64,000 bases of DNA from an uncultured Candidatus Saccharibacteria bacterium (GCA_964387825.1 CAYLWZ010000003.1:2267-66266); one strand, 5' to 3'. Counted from the first letter of the stretch, positions 1 to 8,559 are shown. Notes: generated from the sequence alone by a model not told the origin. Numbers and translations are program-made.

Positions 1-1212
1 AAGATTGAATCATCTCTGGGAAAAAATACCACCGAGATTTTAGGAATTATTTTAGCCGGAGCGATTAATCTTGATTCTTCGGACATCCACATTGAACCCG
101 AAAAGGAAAAAATAAAAATGAGATTAAGGGTTGACGGAATGTTAGAAGACATATTGTTTTTTGACCCTAAAATACATCGTCTCCTTCTGTCCCGGATAAA
201 ACTTCTTTCTAAGCTTAAACTAAATGTGACCAACAGGCCACAGGATGGCCGTTTTTCTATCTTAATAGGCGATACATTAATTGAAATCAGGGCTTCTTCC
301 CTGCCCAGCGAACACGGAGAATCAATCGTCCTTAGGGTCTTAAATCCAAAAAAATTAATCGGTTTGGGAAAACTTGGTTTAAGAAAAGACCTTTTTGAAA
401 TCTTTAAAAAAGAAATAAAAAAGCCGAACGGAATGATTATTGTCACCGGACCCACTGGTTCGGGGAAAACAACAACTCTTTACGCCGTTCTAAAAGAACT
501 CAATAGGCCAGAAGTAAAAATTATTACCATTGAAGACCCGATTGAATATGAGTTAGAAGGAATTTCTCAAACCCAAGTTGACCCAAAAAGAGGTTATGAC
601 TTTGCCAACGGATTAAGGGCCCTAATGCGTCAAGACCCTGATATTATCTTAGTGGGAGAAATCAGGGATTTTGAAACAGCAAAAATCGCCCTTCAAGCCG
701 CTTTAACCGGACATCTGGTTTTAAGCACCTTGCATACTAATGACGCTGCTGGAACAATAGCCCGGCTTCAGGCCTTAGGAGAAAATCCGGTCAATATCGC
801 TCCGGCAATAAATATGGCTTTTGCCCAGAGATTAGTCAGAAAAGTTTGCGAAAAGTGCGGCTCCTTAAAAACAATTTCTTCCGAGGAATTAAAAACAATA
901 AAAAAAGCCCTGGAAAGGGTCGGTTTGGATAAGATGGGAATTCCAATGCCAACGGAAAAAACCAAAATTCCTCAAAAAGAAGGATGCGAATACTGTAATT
1001 TTACCGGCTACAAAGGACGCCAAGCAATTTTTGAAAGTTTTTTAGTGGATGAAGAAATAGAAAACCTTATTTTGAAATCACCTTCTATATCTTCTTTAAG
1101 AGAATTAGCCAAAAAAAAGGGAATGGTTTCAATGCGCCAAGACGGATTTTTAAAAGTTCTTGAAGGGGTAACCACGATTGAAGAAGTAGAACGAGTAACT
1201 TCTGAGGACTAA
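1..1212 (+). CDS. pilB: GspE/PilB-family secretion or type IV pilus assembly ATPase (5' end lies outside the window)
   Basis: Frame is open from nt 1 (..AINLDSSDIHIEPEKEKIKMRLRVDG..) into the listed ORF. Walker A GPTGSGKTTT, Asp box DIILVGEIRD, His box LVLSTLHTND, C-terminal CEKCG..CEYCNFTGYKGR zinc motif. Confidence 0.85.
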   Translation, partial: KIESSLGKNTTEILGIILAGAINLDSSDIHIEPEKEKIKMRLRVDGMLEDILFFDPKIHRLLLSRIKLLSKLKLNVTNRPQDGRFSILIGDTLIEIRASSLPSEHGESIVLRVLNPKKLIGLGKLGLRKDLFEIFKKEIKKPNGMIIVTGPTGSGKTTTLYAVLKELNRPEVKIITIEDPIEYELEGISQTQVDPKRGYDFANGLRALMRQDPDIILVGEIRDFETAKIALQAALTGHLVLSTLHTNDAAGTIARLQALGENPVNIAPAINMAFAQRLVRKVCEKCGSLKTISSEELKTIKKALERVGLDKMGIPMPTEKTKIPQKEGCEYCNFTGYKGRQAIFESFLVDEEIENLILKSPSISSLRELAKKKGMVSMRQDGFLKVLEGVTTIEEVERVTSED

Positions 1213-1296
1213 ACCAGCCCCGCTTTTAGCGGGACTGGTCGCCCGATCATTAAATCGCAAAGCGATTTGATGATTTAGGGATAAAAACAAACATAA

Positions 1297-1425
1297 GGCT
1301 GGGGGTTATATAACCTTGCAGGATTTATAAGTTTAGAATCAACGCGAGGTATGGTCTCGTCCCGCTAAAAGCGGAACCAAACCACCCATCCACAGAAAAT
1401 TCCAAACCCCCAGCCCTATAATTGT
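1297..1425. repeat. Intergenic element closed by an 11-bp GC-rich inverted repeat (ggctgggggtt / aacccccagcc) with internal hairpins
   Basis: Perfect 11-bp arms at 1297-1307 and 1415-1425. Internal palindrome ggttatataacc and hairpin cccgc-taaaa-gcgg (1361-1374). Preceded by a 13-bp hairpin at 1246-1274 and hairpin cccgc-tttta-gcggg at 1219-1233. Confidence 0.5.
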
Positions 1426-1476
1426 TTTTACAATAGAATTTTATAATTTTCTATTTCTATTGTATTGTAATACTTT

Positions 1477-2520
1477 ATGAAAAATTTGTCAAGCCCTTCA
1501 AGAAAAGAAGACCCTGTTGCGCCTGAGTTGAGCGAGGAAGATGAAAATCTTGACTTAACTTTAAGGCCAAAAAATTGGATTGATTATATTGGTCAGGAGA
1601 AAGTCAAAAAAAATATTCAGATAATTATTGGAGCGGCTAAAAAAAGAGAGGAAGCGGTTGAACATCTTCTTTTTTACGGAAATTCAGGGTTGGGAAAAAC
1701 CACTTTGTCTTATCTTGTGGCTAGAGAGTTAGGAGCAAATATTCGGACTATCTCTGGACCTGTAATTGAAAAAATTGGAGATTTAGCGGCTATCTTAACT
1801 AATCTTTCAGAAGGCGATATTTTATTTTGCGACGAAATTCACCGCTTAAACAAAACAATAGAAGAATTTCTTTATCCGGTCTTGGAAGATTTCAAACTAA
1901 ATTTGATTTTGGGCAAAGGCCCGATGGCAAGGACAATGGAATTAAAAATTCCCCATTTCACCTTAATCGGCGCTACCACCCGTTTGGCTCTGCTCTCTTC
2001 TCCTTTGCGAAATCGTTTTGGAGCGACTTTTCAGCTCAATTTTTACAAGAATGAGGATATTGAGAAGATTATCCAAAGGTCCAGCAAGCTTTTAGATATA
2101 GAAATAGAATCAAAAGCGGTCAATCTTATCGCCCAGTGCTCTCGTTTTACTCCTCGAGTGGCCAATCGGCTCTTGAAAAGAGCCAGAGATTTTGCCCAGG
2201 TAGAAGGAAACGGAGTAATCACGGAAAAAATCGCTAAGCGAGCTTTGGATTTTTTAGGAATAGACCAACTTGGCCTTGAGGAAGAAGACAGAAAAATTTT
2301 AAAAACGATAATTAAAAAATTCCAAGGAGGACCGGTTGGTCTTCAAACGCTCTCTGCCGCCGCATCTGAAGAAATAGACACTGTTTTAGACGTTTACGAA
2401 CCCTATTTGATGCAACTCGGTTTTATTGAAAGAACTCCTCGCGGCCGAACCGCTACCGAATCCGCCTATCAGCATTTAGGAATAAAACACAAGAGTTCGC
2501 AAAAATTAATACATCTGTAA
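1477..2520 (+). CDS. ruvB: Holliday junction branch migration ATPase RuvB
   Basis: Walker A GNSGLGKTTL, Walker B ILFCDEIHRL, sensor region TTRLALLSSPLRNRFG, C-terminal winged-helix region. Full-length RuvB architecture. Confidence 0.95.
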   Translation: MKNLSSPSRKEDPVAPELSEEDENLDLTLRPKNWIDYIGQEKVKKNIQIIIGAAKKREEAVEHLLFYGNSGLGKTTLSYLVARELGANIRTISGPVIEKIGDLAAILTNLSEGDILFCDEIHRLNKTIEEFLYPVLEDFKLNLILGKGPMARTMELKIPHFTLIGATTRLALLSSPLRNRFGATFQLNFYKNEDIEKIIQRSSKLLDIEIESKAVNLIAQCSRFTPRVANRLLKRARDFAQVEGNGVITEKIAKRALDFLGIDQLGLEEEDRKILKTIIKKFQGGPVGLQTLSAAASEEIDTVLDVYEPYLMQLGFIERTPRGRTATESAYQHLGIKHKSSQKLIHL

Positions 2521-2590
2521 GAAGCTTGCGCGCGCGTTCTCCGGAAGGCACACGCTTTTCAAAGGCATGTACTACTATAAAATTAAAATA

Positions 2591-2728
2591 ATGAAAATAA
2601 AAGCGCTTCTGTTTATTTTTGTTTCCGCCCCTCGCCGTTCAAGGGGCTTTTTCATCTTTAATTATCAACGAAATTGCCTGGATGGGAACAAAAAATTCGC
2701 CAAACGACGAATGGATTGTCCCTACAAA
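2591..2728 (+). pseudogene. Frame-disrupted N-terminal remnant of a lamin-tail-domain (LTD) secreted protein
   Basis: Signal-peptide-like MKIKALLFIFVSAP in one frame. A second frame reads LIINEIAWMGTKNSPNDEWI, matching VVINEIAWMGTETNSSDEWV of the intact LTD gene at 4474. Homology stops abruptly after DEWI at the 21-bp direct repeat. Confidence 0.6.
2708..2728 (+). repeat. Left copy of 21-bp direct repeat cgaatggaYtgtccctacaaa
   Basis: cgaatggattgtccctacaaa here versus cgaatggactgtccctacaaa at 4367-4387 (20/21 identical). Confidence 0.7.
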
Positions 2729-2870
2729 ACAACATTTTCTGTGTTCGTAACTACCTGTTTAGTGCCCAAAAATGAAGTTAAGAAAAAGGATTTGGTAAGA
2801 ATTTAATTTTAGAAGTTCGATCCTTACCACCAAATGTCTAGGGTATTTTTGCAATAAGAAGTAAGGAGTC

Positions 2871-2900
2871 TTGACAAAGATATATCTAATTGGATATAAT
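2871..2900 (+). promoter_or_regulatory. Sigma-70-like promoter upstream of the toxin-antitoxin module
   Basis: TTGACA (2871-2876), 18-nt spacer, TATAAT (2895-2900), about 40 nt upstream of the ATG at 2942. Confidence 0.55.
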
Positions 2901-2941
2901 GTCTACAGGGTCAGCCAACTACACAACTAACAAGGTAAAGC

Positions 2942-3367
2942 ATGGAGGTTGTTTATTATTATGATGCAAACGCAGGATACTGCCCAGTTAAAACTTATCT
3001 TGCCAAATATAGAATAACCAAGAAAGATACTATTAAGAAAAAAAATTATAAAATTAAAATATTAAGTAATGTAAATGCGAAGATTGAACATGTCGTCCAA
3101 AATTGCGGAAACCCAACACCACCCATTTCTTCCAAATTAAGTGGTTATGACTATTTTGAAATTAAACATAGAAAAGATACAAATATTCTTATCAGAATTT
3201 TTTATTTTCGCTACGAGAATAAAACAGTGCTTTTAAATGCGCTCGAGAAGCCAGATAATTACGATACTAAGAAGGAAAAACGTAAGATAGATAAACAATT
3301 AGAAATTACAAAAGAATATAAAAATAAATTTATAAAGAACCCCAAATTATATGAAAAATATAAATAA
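2942..3367 (+). CDS. RelE/HigB-superfamily toxin, phage Gp49-like family
   Basis: YFEIKHRKDTNILIRIFYFRYENKTVLLNALEKP matches the ..ELR...yRi.Yf....ivlLh.f.K.. core of Gp49-like/HigB toxins. Overlaps the following HTH gene. Confidence 0.7.
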   Translation: MEVVYYYDANAGYCPVKTYLAKYRITKKDTIKKKNYKIKILSNVNAKIEHVVQNCGNPTPPISSKLSGYDYFEIKHRKDTNILIRIFYFRYENKTVLLNALEKPDNYDTKKEKRKIDKQLEITKEYKNKFIKNPKLYEKYK

Positions 3368-3752
3368 GAAAAATAAGAATATAGATGCGATGGATGAAGC
3401 TAGAGAGAAAAAGAAATTTCAAGAATATACAAAAGACGCCAATTTAAGAATACGACTTGCTGTTGAGGTTTATAATGCTCGAAGGAGCTTAGATATTAGT
3501 CAACAAAAATTAGCTAAAGAAATTAGTTCTACGCAAAAAGTAGTATCCAAGATAGAAAATGCCGATGTAAATATAGGAATAGATTTACTTTTTAGAATTA
3601 GTGAAAAGCTAAACTTTAACTCTTCTATACTAGGAAGAATTTTTGCTCAGGACATACAAGTTTTATTTTTCCCTCTCAGGGAAAGTGCGGACAGTTCTCT
3701 ATCAGAGACAAAAAAGAAAAATTCGATATTAAATAATTCCGTAATAATATGA
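3351..3752 (+). CDS. XRE-family helix-turn-helix antitoxin-like protein
   Basis: HTH_3-type motif LDISQQKLAKEISSTQKVVSKIENADVNIGIDLLFRISEKLN. 17-nt overlap with the upstream toxin gene. Confidence 0.7.
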   Translation: MKNINKKNKNIDAMDEAREKKKFQEYTKDANLRIRLAVEVYNARRSLDISQQKLAKEISSTQKVVSKIENADVNIGIDLLFRISEKLNFNSSILGRIFAQDIQVLFFPLRESADSSLSETKKKNSILNNSVII

Positions 3753-4210
3753 AACATATTTGGACAGTAATTTGTGAAAAATCGTCTGTAGATAAAGAAA
3801 CTAATCTTTTGAGCATGTTTAACTGTATTGAGCAGATGAATTTGACACTGGATAAGGAGAAAGTATTTAAAAAAGAGGGGCTGATTGTTAAAGTAGATTT
3901 ACAATTGGTTAGCTTTTGGATTATAGAAAATCACAATAAAGAAAATATTTTGGAATTTAAAGTGGAAATAATAAGTCCTGACGGAAATTCTCTTAGTTCT
4001 TATATTAATAAAGTTAATATTGCTAAAGGGATTTTGAGGTTCAGAAATATAGTGAACATACGAACATTTAAAATTGCGGGGGAAGGTAGGTATAAAATCA
4101 AAATGATGTACAAAAAAGAAAAAGGGAAAGATTTTATTCCTGTTGCCGAATTACCCTTGGATGTTAAAATCTTATATAAATTACCTGATTTTTCAAAGAA
4201 ATATAAATAA
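3749..4210 (+). CDS. Hypothetical protein, third gene of the toxin-antitoxin operon
   Basis: ATGA start/stop overlap with the HTH gene. No motif recognised; alternating hydrophobic pattern suggests a beta-rich fold. Confidence 0.45.
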   Translation: MKHIWTVICEKSSVDKETNLLSMFNCIEQMNLTLDKEKVFKKEGLIVKVDLQLVSFWIIENHNKENILEFKVEIISPDGNSLSSYINKVNIAKGILRFRNIVNIRTFKIAGEGRYKIKMMYKKEKGKDFIPVAELPLDVKILYKLPDFSKKYK

Positions 4211-4292
4211 CTTTATTTTACCAAATAGGTTCTAACATCCCTCCTTCGTTAAAACTACGGCCGGGCAAGCCGTCCGTCCCCCGGAGTCATTG

Positions 4293-4337
4293 GCCCGAGA
4301 GTACTTGTCCTAAGCTTGCCGAAGGATTCTCTCGGGC
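4293..4337 (+). terminator. GC-rich hairpin (gcccgagag / ctctcgggc) followed by TTTT
   Basis: 9-bp perfect stem, 27-nt loop, then ttttag. Embedded in a GC-rich structured stretch (about 4236-4340) that is atypical for this AT-rich DNA. Confidence 0.45.
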
Positions 4338-4366
4338 TTTTAGTTATAATTTAACGAGAACGATTC

Positions 4367-4387
4367 CGAATGGACTGTCCCTACAAA
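4367..4387 (+). repeat. Right copy of 21-bp direct repeat cgaatggaYtgtccctacaaa
   Basis: See 2708-2728. The two copies bracket a 1.6-kb three-gene segment. Confidence 0.7.
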
Positions 4388-4473
4388 TAAACTAAGAATT
4401 TCAGCATCTTTGCCACAACTTATATCCTCCCAAGAGAAAAAGTCCTTAGAAAATACTAATTTTAGATAATATA

Positions 4474-5730
4474 GTGCTAAAAACCCTAAAAATAGTCATT
4501 ATATCTCTATTTCTCTTATTTCCTTTCTATTCAGTCTTTTCTGCCGAATCATTAAGCGTTGTTATCAATGAAATAGCTTGGATGGGAACGGAAACCAATA
4601 GTTCTGATGAATGGGTAGAGTTATACAATAATACTAATCAAGATATTAATCTTGCAGAATGGGGCTTGTATGAAGCCGGGGGGACAACCTTGATTGAATC
4701 TTTAACCGGAGTAATTAAAGAAAAATCTTATTATCTTATTGAAAGAACAGATGATACAACAATAAGTGATATCCCGGCTAGCCAAGAACCAAGTAGCTGG
4801 GGAGGTTATGGTCTTAAAAATAGTGGGGAACATTTACAGCTTTTGGATAATAATTCTCAAGTAATTGACGAAGTTAATTGTTCGGAAAGTTGGTTTGCTG
4901 GTGATAATAAAACTAAAAAGACGATGGAAAAAATAAGCCCTTCTCTTCCTGGGAATGGTTCTTCAAATTGGCAAACAAGCCAGAATGCAGGCGGGACACC
5001 AAAGGACGAAAACAGCCAAATCCAACAACAACTTTCTGAACCTGAACCCGAACCCGAAACACAGCCAGTTAAAGAACAACGAGAAGAACAAAAAGAAGAA
5101 CCGATGCCTATTATTTATCCTTCTGGCATTTTAATAAACGAATTAGTTCCATCGCCCGAAGGAAAAGATGAGTTGGAGGAATGGTTGGAGTTGAAAAATA
5201 CGGACAACCAAGAAGTTGATATTTCTGGCTGGAAAATACAGGACACTATAGGTTCTACCAAAACTTATATTTTTCCTGAAGGAACAAAAATTAAAGCTAA
5301 TGGCTATTTAGTTCTTGCTCGTCCGGTTAGTAAAATTACTCTAAATAATAGTGGTGATGGATTACAATTAATACAGCCGAATGGAAATATATTAGACAAT
5401 GTAACTTATGGAAAGGCATTACTTGGTCAATCATATAATCGCACAGAATCTGGTTGGAATTGGAGTACTATTTTAACCCCGGGTGAAAAAAACGCTATCC
5501 CCGAAAAAGAACCTTCCTTTATTGAATCTTCAAAGGATAAGAAACTAAAAACAGAGAGCGGGTCTCTGTCAACAGAGAGCGGGTTTCTTAAAAAGGAGAC
5601 AGCCACCATCAAAGAGAAAATCCCTCGTCTTTTTAATTCCTCCTTCCCTTTAATAATTGCCTCTCTTGTCGCCGCTCTCTCGGCAATAATAATTTTAATT
5701 CTCAAAAGAGGACTTAAAAACAACCTTTAA
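4474..5730 (+). CDS. Secreted, C-terminally membrane-anchored protein with two lamin-tail domains
   Basis: GTG start, signal peptide. LTD motifs VINEIAWMGT..DEWVELYN..LKNSGEHLQLLD and ILINELVPSP..EEWLELKN..LNNSGDGLQLIQ. Acidic PEPEPEPETQP linker. C-terminal TM helix PLIIASLVAALSAIIILIL. Confidence 0.8.
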   Translation: MLKTLKIVIISLFLLFPFYSVFSAESLSVVINEIAWMGTETNSSDEWVELYNNTNQDINLAEWGLYEAGGTTLIESLTGVIKEKSYYLIERTDDTTISDIPASQEPSSWGGYGLKNSGEHLQLLDNNSQVIDEVNCSESWFAGDNKTKKTMEKISPSLPGNGSSNWQTSQNAGGTPKDENSQIQQQLSEPEPEPETQPVKEQREEQKEEPMPIIYPSGILINELVPSPEGKDELEEWLELKNTDNQEVDISGWKIQDTIGSTKTYIFPEGTKIKANGYLVLARPVSKITLNNSGDGLQLIQPNGNILDNVTYGKALLGQSYNRTESGWNWSTILTPGEKNAIPEKEPSFIESSKDKKLKTESGSLSTESGFLKKETATIKEKIPRLFNSSFPLIIASLVAALSAIIILILKRGLKNNL

Positions 5731-5762
5731 TTTCTTTTAGAAATTGCGCGAAGACAGAATTT

Positions 5763-7091
5763 TTAGGGATTTTTCGGAATTGAAATTAATACTTTATCTT
5801 CCAAATAATCTATTATGCCAATATATCCATTCAGAGCATGAGCAACCGAATCCGTCCTGATATATTTATTTTCCTTGTTCCAAAAAATACCGCCGATTGC
5901 TCTTTCAGGATTTTTGAGAAGAGAGATATTATCTTTTGAATAAGTATATTGGATAAGCCATCTTATTGTGTTAACAACAGCATTTTTATATTTTTCGCAA
6001 TCGTTTTTTTTCTCTTCAAGGCAAAATTCATAAACGCTTGCCATTACCTCGCCTATCCAGCCGTTTCCGCTAGTTGAATAAGCGCCGTCTATGCGTCCGT
6101 AATTTAAAACATCATTAGGGTCTTTTGTTTGATGCGAGATAATTTGAGCGCTTAATTCAAAAACTATATCTTTATAATAATTATCTTTTTTCGTTTTGTA
6201 AAAATCCATCAAAGACATTACTACCCAGGAATTTGAAATTGGGTTTTTGGAGCGATACTCTCCTATAATATAATTTCTTCCTGCGTCTTCATACTTTTTA
6301 GTAAAGTATTGAGCAATCTTTTCTGCCGCTTTGTAATATTCTTCGTTGCCGGTAACCGTATAAATTCGGGAAAGGGCAGAAAGAACCTCGCCATTATAAA
6401 GGATAGATTCTTTTGTATCATGAACCCACTTCCCTTCTTCGTTATATCTTATGTACGATTTCATGCTTCCGTTCGCTTTTTGCATAGTCGTCAGCCAATC
6501 AGCGGCTAATTCGGCAGACTCTAAATACTTTCTGTTATCAGTTAATTTGTACAGTTTTAGCAGAGTATATATGGTTTTTGAGGTCGTGCCAACCACAAAT
6601 TTCTTTTCTTTTTCCTTGTTGCCTAAATAATACGAATAGTAAAAAGCGCCATACCCTTTGCTTCCTTTCTCTTTGTTCTGCATAGAAAGAATAAATTCGG
6701 CGCATTTAAGCGCTTGATTCAAAAGCAAATCGTCTTTTTCTAAATCATAAAGCTCTAAAAGAGTAAAAGTAAGAGTTGACGTATAGGTGGTATGTAATCT
6801 ATTTTCAAAAGTGTCATTTAGAGCATAATAATATTTATGGACTCCGTTTTCTTCTTTATCTATCATTTTAAATAGATATTCTTTCCCTTGTTCAATCTTC
6901 TGCTCAATCATCTCTTTGTCTAACTTACGGACTATTAACGCCCCGTTAATAAGTTCTTTTTGCTTTTCATTAATCTCTATGGAGGACGAAAATTGTTTTT
7001 CGGGAAATAAAAATTTATAACCGACTACCCCCGCGCCCAGAATTAAAATAGCCAAAACCCAATAAAACAGTTTTTTATTTCTTTTTGCCAT
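5763..7091 (-). CDS. Membrane-anchored hypothetical protein, possibly an alpha/alpha-toroid (prenyltransferase/terpene-cyclase-like repeat) fold
   Basis: N-terminal TM helix. Repeated Q..(D/N)G-type motifs (MQNKEKGSKGYGAF, MQKANGSM, HQTKDPND..GRIDGAY). Weak motif-level inference only. Confidence 0.4.
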   Translation of the reverse strand: MAKRNKKLFYWVLAILILGAGVVGYKFLFPEKQFSSSIEINEKQKELINGALIVRKLDKEMIEQKIEQGKEYLFKMIDKEENGVHKYYYALNDTFENRLHTTYTSTLTFTLLELYDLEKDDLLLNQALKCAEFILSMQNKEKGSKGYGAFYYSYYLGNKEKEKKFVVGTTSKTIYTLLKLYKLTDNRKYLESAELAADWLTTMQKANGSMKSYIRYNEEGKWVHDTKESILYNGEVLSALSRIYTVTGNEEYYKAAEKIAQYFTKKYEDAGRNYIIGEYRSKNPISNSWVVMSLMDFYKTKKDNYYKDIVFELSAQIISHQTKDPNDVLNYGRIDGAYSTSGNGWIGEVMASVYEFCLEEKKNDCEKYKNAVVNTIRWLIQYTYSKDNISLLKNPERAIGGIFWNKENKYIRTDSVAHALNGYIGIIDYLEDKVLISIPKNP

Positions 7092-7198
7092 TTAACTATA
7101 TTAGCACTTAAAGCAAAATTGCCAACAAAGAGCGCGCCATTCTTGTTTTATACTCTCCAATGAGATAAAATAAATAAAACTAAAGAAAAAATTTTATT

Positions 7199-7933
7199 AT
7201 GTCGGGGCACAGTCATTGGCATTCAATTAAATATCAAAAAGGCGCGGCCGATGCTAAAAAGAGTAAGGCCTTTTCCAAAATAACCCGGCTCATCGCCGTT
7301 GCTGCCAGAGAAGGAGGAAGCGACCCTGGCGTTAACTCCAAATTAAGATTGGCCATTGAACAGGCAAAATCGCTCAATATGCCAAAGGATAAGATTGAGC
7401 AAGCAATAAAACGGGGGACAGGAGAACTGACCAGTGAAAAATTAGAAGAATTTACTTTGGAATCTTATGGACCCGGAGGAATCGCCATTATTATTGAAGT
7501 AATCACCGACAATAAAAACCGAACGCTCAGTGAAATTAAACAAATTTTAAATCAAAATAACGGAAAGATGGCCAACGAGGGTTCTGTAAGGTGGCTCTTT
7601 GAACGAAAAGGAATAATTACAGTGAACAACGAACAGCGAACAACGAACAGTGAATGGCGAGAAAAACTGGAATTGGCCGCGATTGAGGCAGAGGCAGAAG
7701 ATATCTCTTGGCAAAATGATATTCTTGATATTTACACTAAACCAAACGAATTGGAAAAAGTAAAAAAGAGCTTAGAAGAAAAAGGGGTCAAAATAGACTC
7801 TTCTTCTCTCGGCTGGTCCCCTAAAGAAACAATAGATACAGAAGAAACAAAAAAAGAAACTTGCCGAAAACTCTTTGAATCATTAGATGAAAACGAGGCG
7901 GTGCAAGACATATACTCAAACCTTAAAAATTAA
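7199..7933 (+). CDS. yebC: YebC/PmpR-family transcriptional regulator
   Basis: Diagnostic N-terminus MSGHSHWHSIKYQKGAADAKKSKAFSK and full-length family architecture. Contains a heptamer-array insertion at 7622-7656. Confidence 0.9.
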   Translation: MSGHSHWHSIKYQKGAADAKKSKAFSKITRLIAVAAREGGSDPGVNSKLRLAIEQAKSLNMPKDKIEQAIKRGTGELTSEKLEEFTLESYGPGGIAIIIEVITDNKNRTLSEIKQILNQNNGKMANEGSVRWLFERKGIITVNNEQRTTNSEWREKLELAAIEAEAEDISWQNDILDIYTKPNELEKVKKSLEEKGVKIDSSSLGWSPKETIDTEETKKETCRKLFESLDENEAVQDIYSNLKN

Positions 7934-8035
7934 TTGTTAAATTGTTAATTATTAAAAAGAACTTAACATTGTAACAATAAGCGACCCCGTCTTGGCGAGA
8001 GAGCGGTAACAATTTAACAATTTAACAATTTAACA
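7932..8035. repeat. Inverted octamer arrays (aattgtta x2 / taacaatt x3) enclosing ~56 nt between yebC and ruvC
   Basis: attgttaaattgttaa (left) is the exact reverse complement of ttaacaatttaacaat (right). The arrays abut the yebC stop codon and the ruvC start codon. Confidence 0.7.
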
Positions 8036-8536
8036 ATGATTATAATGGGCATTGATCCCGGCACTGCCACGACGGGATTTTCAATCATTAACAAAACAAA
8101 GAAAGGCATTAAAGTCCTTGATTATGGATGTATTATTACCAGTCCGGATTTATCTCCGGGAGAACGTTTAAAAATAATAAATAACGAACTTAACAAGTTA
8201 ATTAAAAAATATCGACCGGAAATAATGGCCGTTGAAAGTTTATACTTTTTTAAAAATTTTAAAACAGCTATGCCAGTAAGTCAGGCAAAAGGAGTAATTT
8301 TGCTTACTGCCGCCAAGAAAAAAATCCCGGTTTATGAATATACTCCTCTCCAAATGAAAATGGCTATTGCCGGCTATGGCAGGGCGGAAAAAAAACAGGT
8401 CCAGAAAATGATCCAATCCCTATTTAATTTAGAGGCAAAGCCAAAAGACAAAAATAAAAGAAAGGACGACGCAACAGACGCCTTAGGCATTGCTTTCTGT
8501 TACGTCCTCCAATCAAGAAACGCCACTGTTAAATAA
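8036..8536 (+). CDS. ruvC: Crossover junction endodeoxyribonuclease RuvC
   Basis: N-terminal GIDPGTATTGFSII catalytic Asp motif, AVESLYF, C-terminal DDATDALGIAFC motif. Confidence 0.9.
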   Translation: MIIMGIDPGTATTGFSIINKTKKGIKVLDYGCIITSPDLSPGERLKIINNELNKLIKKYRPEIMAVESLYFFKNFKTAMPVSQAKGVILLTAAKKKIPVYEYTPLQMKMAIAGYGRAEKKQVQKMIQSLFNLEAKPKDKNKRKDDATDALGIAFCYVLQSRNATVK

Positions 8537-8559
8537 AAACCCGGGTGGACACGGGTAAA

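Noticed and set aside
2567-2806. Listed 79-aa ORF downstream of ruvB
   Set aside because: Its reading frame is not the one that carries the recognisable LTD motif (LIINEIAWMGT..DEWI). The region is better explained as a frame-disrupted gene remnant than as a functional gene.
3749-3752. Alternative genetic code (UGA read as an amino acid, as in some candidate phyla)
   Set aside because: UGA terminates several well-supported genes at the expected length (XRE antitoxin at 3752, hicB at 41841, rnpA at 19727). Conserved proteins show no in-frame UGA, so the standard bacterial code fits.
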